A model generated the notes under the pieces. It made no database searches. It was not told where the DNA came from and worked only from the letters and a program-made list of their open reading frames with translations. 64,000 bases of DNA from Felis catus. Taxonomy: Eukaryota. Of the stretch, positions 20,973-39,275 are shown piece by piece. The DNA lies in the NCBI RefSeq assembly GCF_018350175.1, contig NC_058368.1, forward strand, positions 173,044,001-173,108,000, in the 5' to 3' direction. The position numbers and the translations under genes were made by a program. Position 1 is the first letter of the stretch. Each line of letters starts with the position of its first letter.

Positions 20973-23524
20973 CACAACAGCCATTGTTGACTGAGGGCTT
21001 CTAACAGTTCTCTGAGACGTGTCATCATTTCTGTGCTTCAGGCTCAGAGAGGGTAACTTCAGTCATAACATCCCTAGCAACCCGCCCCCCCCTCCCCCCC
21101 CAGACAACCTGACCTTCCCTCCCAGGTGCTGATTCCCTCCCACTAGACTCCTGTTCCTTGGCTTGGACTTTCCAGATTGGTGTGACTATCTACCTGTTGC
21201 TCCTACCAGAGCCCTGACTAATACACACACAACCAACAAATGGCAGAGTCTGGAGATAACCCTGTGCTTTTTCTGCAAGCTCCTGAAGCCAGCATCACTG
21301 GGTAGGAAGCCATTCAGAACTCTGGCAGACTGAGAGGGCCAGGCTCCAGATGCTGCCATGCTGGTCTGAGAGGCTCGGGGGAGGGAAGCTGGAACGGAAA
21401 GCTTGCATGGGGGAATTAGCAGCATCTGTCTCATTCTGACTTGGGACGTCAGGAATGTGGCAAGCGGGTGCCTGCCAAGGAGGCTGGCAGGGAGGGGGCA
21501 CAGGGTGGGTTGCGGAACCCCTCCTGGCCCCCGAGACCTACAAGGCACCATCTGCCTCTGTCATTCTGAGTGACCTGACTCTGGTCTCCCATGTGCACAG
21601 GACCTTCTGGGAACCTGGGCTCTGGGGAAGGTTGGGGGAGGTGGGGGACAGGGGTCAACTCAGCTCCTTCCTTAGTCTCCCATCCTTGTGATCCTGGGCC
21701 TATCACATTCTTAGTTTCCCCATCATTAAATTGGGAAGGCTGATGTTTGTCTGGTGAGGCTGTAGTGAGGGACAGTGGTGGGTGGCTGAGCCCAGCTCAG
21801 CCGTGGGCTTACAATGGGAAAGTGGAAAAATGGGAGTTCTCATACATCATTCCCTGTCTTTGTCACTACTCTAGCCTCCCAACACTTTCCTCCCCCAGGT
21901 GAGTTCTTAGGGACCTGCCTGTCATGTGATTGATTGGGCTAGGCATAGTGACCTCCTGTGGAAGACTAGGTTTGGGAGCGGGGCTCAGAAAGTTTGCACG
22001 CTCCTGGAAGCTAGCAGGGGTCCTTGAGTGCAGGGGGAGCATAAGCCAAGAGCTGCTTGTGGAAGCTGCCTCCCAAGCCACCTGCAGGGAAATGGGAGAG
22101 AAGGGGAGGAGGCCTTGGGCTGGGAGGGGGTGACTTAGGAGGAGGATACACAGAGCTGCTGTGAAGCCCAAGTACCAGTTCTCAGTGCAATGCTCAACAA
22201 AACCCATGTGAACTCTGCATGGCATCCTTTCCCAAGCATGTGCTCATCCAAGACTCATTTCATCGTAAACTCCTAGCCCTGGGAGGTAGGCAGAGTAGGC
22301 GTACCCCACTGGTGAAGAAAGTGACAATCAGAGAAATAATAGCATTGGCCTGGGGACACTGGAAGTGGCAGGCTTTGAACCTCCTGGCTCCAGGTCTGGT
22401 GTTCTCTCCATCCCATTAGGGAATAGAGTTCCAACGGAAAGGAAGTAGTCAGGGATGACTCCCTGGTTTCTGGCCTGATGCCTTTCCCTGAGATGAGGGG
22501 TAGGGGTCCTCATGGAGGTGGCTTTGTGTGGGAAGATGAGTAGTTCAGTTTGGGACATGGTGAGTCAGAGGGGGCACTGGTGGGAGTGCGAAGAGACTTG
22601 GAACAGGAAGAGAAGCATGGCCAGAAGCTGCTGCTCAGTCTCAGGCTGCTCCCAGCCCCAGATTCTTACATCCTGTACCTTCTGACCCTGTATGTATTTT
22701 CAGCTGCCACCCCCTGGGAGGCCATGAGGCAATCCAGGTGGCCCCCACAAAGGGTCTGTCCTGTCCCAGGAGGACAGGGCAGGAGGGAGCACCAGGCACT
22801 GGGTCAGGTAACTCCACCCTGGTTCAGGGGCTGGAGAATAGCAGTAACTAACTGCCCGGATGGACCCCGGGAAGGTTCCAGGCTCAGAGCCCTGGGAAAC
22901 TGATCTCCTCACCCCCCTCCCCAGAGGGTGTTTGAGAACAGGGCCATGACGGTCTCTCCAGGGGAGGACCAGGCAGGCAGGGACAGCTGCAGCCTAGCTG
23001 GGCGGCAACCAGCTGCTGCCCGGGAGACTGGCCAGGGTGGGGCAGGCGGGGCAGGCACAGCCCCCACAAGCCCCCAGCCTGAGCAGCAGAGCGTGGGAGC
23101 AGGCAGCAGCCTTGAAGCTGTGTTTCAGGCTTTCACGCCTGTGTTAACGGTCAGCTTGGTTAATGCTGAGCAGATGGGGGAGGGGTGCTGCCAGCTCCCT
23201 TGGGGACAGTCCCAGGGCAGGCACATGCACATGCATGTGCAGAGGGTATAAGAGTTCCATCCAGTGGATGGTGCCATGTGGACTCCTCTGCCATTAGCAC
23301 TCGTTCACACCATCACGTGCACAAGATGGGGCAAGACAGACAGACCAAGTCAGAGGTGCACACAGGTTCCTGGGTTCGCCCTGAGGTAGCTGGAAGTGGA
23401 TGCAAACCCAAGGCCTGGCACAAAGCCCTCAGTCTGTGTCACTCAGGCAAGACTCCCAGCTTCGGGATCCCTCCACCCTGTTTCCCCTCCATCCACTGCA
23501 GGGAAGACACCAGGAACACAGAGG

Positions 23525-23530
23525 TTTATT
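23525..23530 (-). terminator. FGFR4: FGFR4 polyadenylation signal AATAAA
   Basis: tttatt on + strand ~535 nt after the stop, in an AU-rich patch (TTTTATAAATTATTTTTTGAAATAAA on minus), followed by GT-rich sequence. Confidence 0.85.
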
Positions 23531-24063
23531 TCAAAAAATAATTTATAAAAGGCCATTTGCTTCTGTGTTTTCGGCAGGCTTCCAGCCACTCAGCTGGGAA
23601 CACAGGGGCCAATGCTCTTGCCACCAAGATGCTGGGACAAACAGCAAAGGAGAGGCAGGGGAGGCCTGGGGAAATGGGGTTCGGAGGCCCAAGACCTCTC
23701 TTGGTGCAGGGAAGCAGGGAGGTTTAGGACAGCTCTATAGCCAGGTCCAGCCAAACCCCTGGACTAAGTGCTAAGGGCCAGGAGGCCAGGCAGAACCCTA
23801 ACACTCAGGCCACTAGGACACCTGGGTCACGACTCCAAAGACTGGGGTTGAAGTCTGGTTTGGGAATCTGAGGTCAGAGCTGGAAGCCTCATCGAGGGGC
23901 CCCCGGAACAAGGACAGACCTCCCCAAGGCAGAACTAGAGATCTGGGACACTACCCTAAGGTTGGGGCCTGAGGCTGCCAAGGTCAAGCACTGCCAGGTT
24001 GCCGCTAAACCAGGAGGCTGAAGGCTGCTGGCCTGCCTGCCTGTAACAACCTTGTGGCCCTGC

Positions 24064-31398
<7,335 letters not shown>

Positions 31399-33577
31399 AT
31401 CCTTCCTGCTGCTCACAAGGACCCAGGCTGGGCTTCCCACCAACTGCCTTCCTGAAAAGGAGGGAGAAGAACCCCTGCTATGCATGCACCTTTGTTGGTA
31501 CTATTCCCCTATTTTGCAGATGAAGAAACTGAGACAGGAAGTGGTTAGAAGTCTTGTACAACCCCCCCCCCCCCCCCACCACCACACAGCAGCAAGGCAG
31601 AGACTGGAAGCAGCTTTGCTGTTGCCAGAGCCCAAAGCTTCTTCACAGTAGGTTGTGCAGGGGGGCAGGGCTGGGCTTCCTGCTCTCCTCCGGTCCTGCT
31701 GAGACCTTGGCACAAGTTCACAGAAAGGGCAGTTTGGGGATTCTTTCCTTGGAGGAAAGCAGAGAACGGAGACAGATCTTCTGCTCACTCTCAGCACACA
31801 TCATTTGTTTTTTTGCTGAATAAATGAATTTATTGCTGGAGAACAAAAAAAAATATATGAAATACAATACAAGGCCAAACCTCAGCATCTGGATGTTATC
31901 TGATCTGACCCACACTTCTTATAGCATTACTGACATTTTCGTGACCAGCTTTGAATACCTCTGGTGGCAGGGCGCTCACTACTGACAAGGCAGTACATTC
32001 CATGGCAAGCAGTTCTTCCTCATGCTGAACCAGAAATGCATGCTGGGAATACCTCTGCTTTTTGTGTCCTCACAACTCTATTTGAGGCAACACGGGCTCT
32101 TGCGTCCAACAAAGTGAAGTTCAAATCCTGACTCTAACCAACTTGCAAGTTCCAGTCCCTCTCTGGGTGTCCTCACAGGACTGCTTTGAGCATAAAAGAG
32201 AACATATGTAGGGAACACAGGAAGCACAGGATGTTGGAATGTTCTCCTCCCCCTTCCTCCCCACGACTGTCATTCTGGGTCTGCCCTTGGCCAATCACCT
32301 CTGATTCTGGTGCAGTTCAGGTGTGATGTACACACCCACCCTATCTGGTTATCCTCCTCCATATGCCACCAAGGATGTCTGCATCCTTGGTGACCAGTAT
32401 AGTCCCAGGAGCTACTGGCTATTACCTGGGGCTGAATAACAGTCACTAGGCACTGGTGTCTCTGAATTTACCTTGCCCAGGAAGCCAACTGCACCCTTCT
32501 CATCAGCTGCTGCCCCCCTTCCAGCTCTGGCTCTGAGGCAGGGGGCACGTAGTTTGTCTTGGCCAAAGCTATTATCTCCCCCTTCAAACTGCTCCTTCCC
32601 TGGGTTGCCCCTGAAGCTGGGGTATCATCTCATCTCATGCCCCCTCACCCCTCCTCCACCTCCCGTCCATCTGCCTCCTCAATCCTTCTGTGGTCCATCC
32701 CATCACCGTTGGTTGGACCCAGGGCAGGCCATAGTCATCTCTAGCTTGGGCCTTTGCAGACATCTCCCTTGACTCTCCAGCCTCCACTCTCCAGCAGGGC
32801 TTTAAAAATTACAAATATTTGCCATGTCACCACTCCACACCCCTTCAGCTTTCAAACCCTTAATGGCTGCCCTTGTCCAGTAGGATCCAATCTACAGTTT
32901 ATCCAGCATCCCAAGCCGCCCTCCTTGCCCTTGTCAATCCTCTTTGGTTGCACAGTCTGCTCCTTCAGCCTCTTCAGCACTAAAACCACTGACTTTCAAA
33001 ACTGGGCATATCTTCTCTCTTGCACATACACACCTCTGCGTCCCCATTTCTCTTCTTCATCGGACTCAGATGCCACTGTCCCTGCACACACCCCCAGTTT
33101 CTATGGCTCTCCTCCACAAAATCCCTCCACCCTGCTCTGCTCTGCAGGGAGTGCGGCTCTCAGGGTCCACAGCTCTAGTTGGGAAAGGAGTGGGGAGGCC
33201 CAGGATTTTATTCCCATTCCGGGCTGCCCTGATCTTGTAACCTCAGGACACTTAGTCGGATCACACGCGGCGGCAGACAGACCGACCCACTGCCTTGTTC
33301 GGGGGCTGAAGGGCCTGACACTGTCATCAGACAGTCCTGGGTTCTCCTTCAGCTTTCCGCACTAAAGCGTTGGGGGACCCGGGGCAAATGACTGCACGTC
33401 TCGGATCCTCAGCTTCCTCATCTCTACTCGGGGAGCGCAGACAGTCCAGCGCGCGCGGCCAAGGGACCAGCGCGCGTTTTTCCTCCTCCCCCCCTACCCG
33501 GCCACCCTGGGGGGAGGTGCAAGCAGGCAGGTCCAGAGGGGAGCAGCAGAGACAGCCGGCCCGCCCCCGCCCCGGTG

Positions 33578-33665
33578 GGCAATGAGTAACCAGCTCCGCG
33601 GCCAGGGTGCTCTTTGGACGGAGCGGGACAAAAGGCCCTGTGTGCGCTGCGGGTTACTGATTTAC
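33578..33665. promoter_or_regulatory. Pair of HNF1-like sites in FGFR4 intron 1
   Basis: GTTACTCATTGCC (minus, 33578-33590) and GTTACTGATTTAC (plus, 33653-33665) versus consensus GTTAATNATTAAC; an HNF1-driven intron-1 enhancer is known for human FGFR4. Confidence 0.6.
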
Positions 33666-33843
33666 CGTCCCCTCCACCCCCTTTCCGAGAGGACGCCCAG
33701 GTCCCCAGTGCTGGGAGGGGGCAGTCCCTGAGCCCCGCCGCCGCTCGCCCCCTGGCGGCTGGGAGCGCAACCTGGGTCCTCAAGGGGTCTCGGCTCACTT
33801 CGAGCCTCCGTGGTCCCTCTCCAGGCACAGGGTCCCAGCTCAC

Positions 33844-33960
33844 CTGGGTCCTCCGCGGCCGCGCTCCCAGCTCCGGCCAGCCCCGACACCCGCTCCTAGT
33901 GGGGACTGCAGACTCAGCCAGGGCGCTCCTCCGCCCCGGGCCAGAGAGCCAGGAATGCAC
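33844..33960 (-). other. FGFR4: FGFR4 non-coding exon 1 (5'UTR; 5' end approximate)
   Basis: CAG|GTGAGC donor at 33844/33843 inside the CpG island; sequence resembles human FGFR4 exon 1 (GGCCGGAGCTGGGAG...GGAGGACCCAG). Confidence 0.8.
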
Positions 33961-34488
33961 CCGCGACAGTGGCGTGGCCGCTGGAGGCCCAGCGCCCCGC
34001 CCACCTTGGGCCCCGCCCCTCCTGGACCAGCTCTAACCTGACAGCGACTTGGCGGGGGACAACCCAAGGCCCCGCCCACCTTGGGCCCGCCCCTCCTGGA
34101 TCAGCACTATCAGGACCACCGCCAAAGCTGCTGGAAGTACAGTGTCCCGTCCGCTTGGACATCAGTCCCCAAACCCAACAGCGCCGAGTGGCCATCTGGG
34201 TCAGCCCAATCCCGGGGCCCCGCCCCAGGTTGCTGCACACCCCATCAGACTCCGCCTCTTTTCGATGCACCCGGACCAGGCTTCCAAGTTCTAGTTATTT
34301 GCTCTATCCTCTGCTAGTCACCCCTTAGACAGCAAGACCCAGCAGTCCTGAACAGCCAGCCTCCACAGACCTTGGTCCTGCCTGCCTACTTCTGTCTTCT
34401 GTAAGTGGCTGGGAGATCCCCTCTGCCCGTAACCCACTCTGTCCGTTCTCTGCACAACTCTCAGGGTGATATTTGCAAAACAAATCTG

Positions 34489-34612
34489 GGGGCTGCTGGC
34501 TGGCTCAGTAGATGATGGAGCATGGGGCTCTTGATCTCGCGGTTGTGAGTTCAAGCCTCACGTTGGGTGTGGAGATTGCTTAAATAAACTTTAAAAAAAT
34601 CTTAAAAAAAAA
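34489..34612 (+). mobile_element. Short CanSINE (older subfamily)
   Basis: Head ggggctgctggctggctcagt, A tail, TSD acaaatctg. Confidence 0.85.
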
Positions 34613-35637
34613 TACAAATCTGAATGTATCCATCACCCCTTTAAAACTTTCTGGCAGTTTTCTATAATGATTCTTGGCATGACCAGGCCCCGATCCACAT
34701 CTCCTGATGAATTCTTTATTTCTTACTTGCTCCCACTCTACCTCTGGGCCTTTGCACATATGATTCCTTCTTCCTGGAATGATCTTTCCCCTCTAGGTCT
34801 GGTTGATTCCATTTCATTCTTAGATGTCAGCTCACTTCCTCAGAGAAGACCTCTGGACCTGTCAGGCTCCACTTAGATGCCTTCTGTCCTGTGGGCATGG
34901 AGAAAGGCAGGAAGTAAAGCACAGATTTCAGGACTCAAATCTCAGTGCCATCACACTTGGAGTAACCCTGGCAGGTTAGTCCATCCCTGTATTTTCATTT
35001 TCTCAACAGTAAAGTAAGTATAATGATAGTATCATCCTCATGAATTTTTTTGTGAAAAGTAAACATGTGTAAGCCTTTAGAACATTACCTGGTGTGTAAC
35101 ATTTGCTTTGTAATGTTCACTATGATTATTTAGGACCTGTTACTTTTTCAACTTCATGGAACATTCCAGAATTGTAACTAAAACAGTTGTGTAGATAGAA
35201 GCCAGGAACTGCCTACAGACTTCAACACCTGCACGCAGTAGGTGCTGCTCCACCTTGCTCAGGTCTGCCACGCTTGTAAGTACCCCTCCTCTTGAGCATC
35301 TAGATAGTGGCCAAATGAGGAGGTCAGCTGACCTTTGTCTTCTGCCCCATCCTCACCTGAAGTCTAAGCCCTCCACTCCTAAGAAGGAGAAGAAAACCCC
35401 TTAGCTGGGGTCTCAGACTCACCTCCCAATTCCTCTGGCAGGTGGAGACTTGCCCCAGGGGAACCAGCTTCCTTTTCCATTGTTATGCGAAGGAGTCTAG
35501 CTCTCATTAACATTATTCCCAATAGAATAGCCGTCTTTTCTTTGCATAACTAAAAAGCCCATCAAAGGGATTTTTTTTTCCTTCTCAAAAAAATAATGGT
35601 CTCCTCCCAAAGATTAATCAGAAAATAATTGGCTATC

Positions 35638-35846
35638 TTTTTTTGTTTTTTGTTTATTTATTTTTGAGAGAGAGAGAACCCAAGTGGGGCAGGGGCAGAG
35701 AGAAAGAAGAGGACAGAGGATCCAAAGCAGTCTCCGTGCTGACAGCAGCATGCCCAATGTGGGGCTCAAACTAGAACTGTGAGATCATGACCTGAGCTGA
35801 AGTCAGACAATCAACCTGCTGAGCCACTTGGGCACCCAGGTGCCCC
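35638..35846 (-). mobile_element. CanSINE
   Basis: Reverse-complement body; TSD ctatcttt. Confidence 0.88.
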
Positions 35847-36634
35847 TTGACTATCTTTTAAAACCAACTGGTTCTGATTCCTTCTCAGGGTCCTTCCTTG
35901 TTGGAACACTTGGAAAGGATAAAGCTCCTGGCACTGGGGGTGCCCAGCAAATGGAAGCCTCCTGCCCAGAGGGGCCTCACCAGACCTCCCAGACTCCTGG
36001 AGTGACTCAGCTCCCCAGCTCTGGTCCTCTGCTGGCTCCCCTTAGTGAATGTGGTTGTTTGGGGTTGGGGTGAGCTGCCAGCAGGAGATGGACCCCACAC
36101 AGCTTTCATTCAACTTCAGGCACTTCTCAGGTTTACTGGAGCCAAAGGCAGAGGAAAGGTTTTCATAGCCCAGCCTGTGCATACTCCTTGCCTCCTGAGA
36201 TGCCCAAGTCCCTTAGACTGGCAACCCTATACCCCACACCCCCTGAGTCTGCACATGCCCTGTTTGCCTCCCATCCCACACTCAACGACCTCTCACACTG
36301 ACCCTCTGTGGCATGTGATGCTCTTTCACGTCGTTCATTCATACACACATTCATTTGCCAGGTGTCAATTAAAGGTTCACTATATGGTATGCATTGTTCC
36401 AAATCGTGGGGATAAAGCAGTAATCCGACCCAACCTCTCCCCTTCAAGGAGCTGCTGACACTGTAGTGGGGAGAGATAGATATGTAAACAAAGCACAGAA
36501 GGAGACATGCTGAGGGAGTCTGGGAGAGGCATCCAAGCCTGTCTCCTCATCATGGCCTCACTCTCTTGGTAACAATCTTCCACCAGTTACATTTGCAGTC
36601 TTTCTCTCAAAACCTTTCAAACACAACCACACAA

Positions 36635-36636
<2 letters not shown>

Positions 36637-36668
<32 letters not shown>
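36637..36668. repeat. (CA)n microsatellite
   Basis: Direct reading. Confidence 0.95.
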
Positions 36669-36670
<2 letters not shown>

Positions 36671-38786
36671 CTAGCAGGGGCTCAGGAGCCTGACATCCTA
36701 AGATCTTGCCTTTAGCCTGCCTCTGCCTTAGTTTCTCCATCCAGAAAATGGGCACACTCCTGCTTTCTTTGCCCCAGGGATGTTGGAGGAAGTGAATGAA
36801 TTAAGAGATGGGACTGGGTTTCATCAAAACAGGAAGTAGGGGAGGAAGCTCTTGTCTTGGATCAGCTCCCACTATCTGCCAAGTGATATGCTAAGCTAGG
36901 TGTTATATATGCATTATATCCTTTGACCTCCCCGTAAGCCAAATGGGGGTTGGAATCCTTAGCTCCATTTTGCAGGTAAGGAAACAGAAGCTCAGGCAGA
37001 TGGAATGACTTGTCTAAAGTCATGTAGCAGGGTAGCTGGCTGGCTACATGATACAACTCTACAGACCAAGAGTTGCATTCTCGGTTGAGTATGCAATTCT
37101 TGATCTCAGGGTCATGAGTTCAAGCCCCATTAGAGCTTACTTAAAAAAATAATTAAAAAAATAAAGTCACAAAGCAAGTGAACAACAGAACTGAGACTTG
37201 AACATTGATCTTCTGGGACAAAGAGAGCTCAGGGTGACTCTCCACAGAGCTGGGACTTTTGATGCTACTGCATCAGCCTGCTTTCTGCCCCCATTCTTAA
37301 CTTCAGCCCTGGAAGATACAGATTCACCTGAAGGTGAGTTTGAGAGGGAGCTGGGGCTGGGCACTGATCTCCCTGTCCATTTGGCTAATACTGATGGGAC
37401 ACGTACGAAGTACCAGGCCCTAGGCAGGGGTTTGCAGACTCTGGGCTCCTGAAGTGCAAGGCTAGGCCAGGAGGGACTCCTGAGGCCAGGCCCTGCCCCC
37501 CACCTGCCTGGGAGCAGAGTTGGGGGGAGGGGGCAGACGTTGCCTGGTGCCGACCATGTTGCTCTTGGATGGTAGCCGGACCCAGGGAACACTGGGGCTC
37601 TTGTGCGGAAGAGCTGCCCTGAGCCCCTGCCCAGGCCCCATTCCAGCCCAGGCCTGGCCCAAGCCCTGGCCCCTGAGCCAGTCCTGTGCTTTCTTGTCTT
37701 CTTTCCTTTATTCCTTTCCTTTAAAATGAGGTTTATTTTGAGAAAGTTTTAAAATATAGAAAAAATGCACAGGGTTATATCATATACTTGCTACTCAGAA
37801 TTGACAATTGTTATTACTTTACCATTTTTTCCAACCCTTTTTCACCCTGGCTTCTCCCACAGACTCCAGGGCGGTCTGGCTTGGCTTGTCAGAATGGAGG
37901 TGACACTGACAGCAACTGAGTGGTGAGAGGTTGGGTGTTAGAGCCAGACTGATGCAGGTTTGAATCCTGAAAGCTTGTGACCTTTGACAAGTCACTTAAT
38001 ATTAAACCTCAGTTTCATTTTCTGTAAAATGGGAATAGTAACTTTTCTGTGAGGACTCAATGTAGTGATGTATTAAGCCTTATGCCAATGCCTGGCACAT
38101 AGCCCATGCTCAGTAAAAAGTGGCCAATATTCATATTAGTAGCTATGGGTCTAGGTAGGACCTACCCAAATGTATGGGTAACCTACTTTTGTGACCAAGA
38201 GGGAGGGACTATTAGGGTCACCCCTCCTCCAGCCCCTATATCTCCTCATTCCCCACTCTTTCAGCACATCTATGTCCAATTTCTATGGGAGACAACAAAG
38301 CCAGGAATTGCAAGCTGCCCAGGACATTATGGTAGAGGCAGGGAACCTGGCACTGATGTTGGCAGCCTTAGAGAGCTCTTGGGGAGGCCCCTTGGACGAA
38401 GCCAGATAGAGGGGAATGGGCTAGGAGGAAGCTGAGGCTCTTTCTGGGATATTCTGGTGCTTCCCAGAGTCTCAGCAGCACCCTTGGCCCCCTTGTCAGT
38501 TGGTCCCAGACACTGTGGATCCATGTCTTGGGAGGCTTTCAGGGTTTGCCAGACTCAGCTCTCTCTAGACTTGGGCCTACAAACGTCATACCTACTGAGG
38601 CTTGACAGGCACATATTTTTGGAGGAGAGAGAGGGCCAGGACAGCTGTGAAGTGGCAGAAGCTGGGCATGCAGGGTTAGAGGGTTGATAGTCTGAAAGGA
38701 ATCAGGAAAGAAGCCTCAGAGGGGCCCTCAACCTCCTCCACCTTGCCTGATGTCCACCTGGACCATGTAGGATTTTCTTTGGGCAT

Positions 38787-38826
38787 AAAACAAAACAAAA
38801 CAAAACAAAACAAAACAAAACAAAAC
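38787..38826. repeat. (AAAAC)n microsatellite
   Basis: Direct reading. Confidence 0.9.
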
Positions 38827-39216
38827 ACAGAAAACCTAAATGTCAAGGGCTTAAACAAAACAGGTTAATTCATCCCTATTAGTCCCAGGTCTCCCAAGTC
38901 TGGAGATGGGTGAAGGCGGGTCTGAAATCAGGGTTGAGGTCTCTTAAATTCTCTACATCTTCCCCTAATGGTGGCAAGATGGTGGCTTCAGCTCCTGCCA
39001 TCACATTTGTGTTTACGCAGAGTTAAAAAGAAGCCACAAAGAGTTGAGTCTGTATCCAGCAACTTCTGATCTTATTTCTTTGGCCAGACTGTGACACATG
39101 GGCACCCCTAACTACAATGGAGGTCAGGAAGGTCTGCTAAAAAGAAGGGGTGACTGAGAATTGGGCAGGTAGCTCATAGTCTCTGTATCATCACTCTTCT
39201 CTTCAGCACCAAAATG

Positions 39217-39217
39217 A

Positions 39218-39275
<58 letters not shown>

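Larger units (their letters stand above)
33280..34280. promoter_or_regulatory. FGFR4 CpG-island promoter with multiple GC boxes
   Basis: Abrupt CpG and GC enrichment; several CCCCGCCC/CCCGCCC motifs (about 33565, 33995, 34011, 34070, 34086, 34218); surrounds exon 1; no TATA seen. Confidence 0.9.

Noticed and set aside
32754..34328. Many long ORFs (up to 203 aa) in FGFR4 intron 1 and promoter
   Set aside because: Expected in GC-rich, stop-poor CpG-island and L2-derived DNA; low-complexity products.
35230..35250. Weaker CTCF-like sequences (here and near 23261 and 24796)
   Set aside because: Mismatches in the core GGC positions; cannot be supported without scoring.
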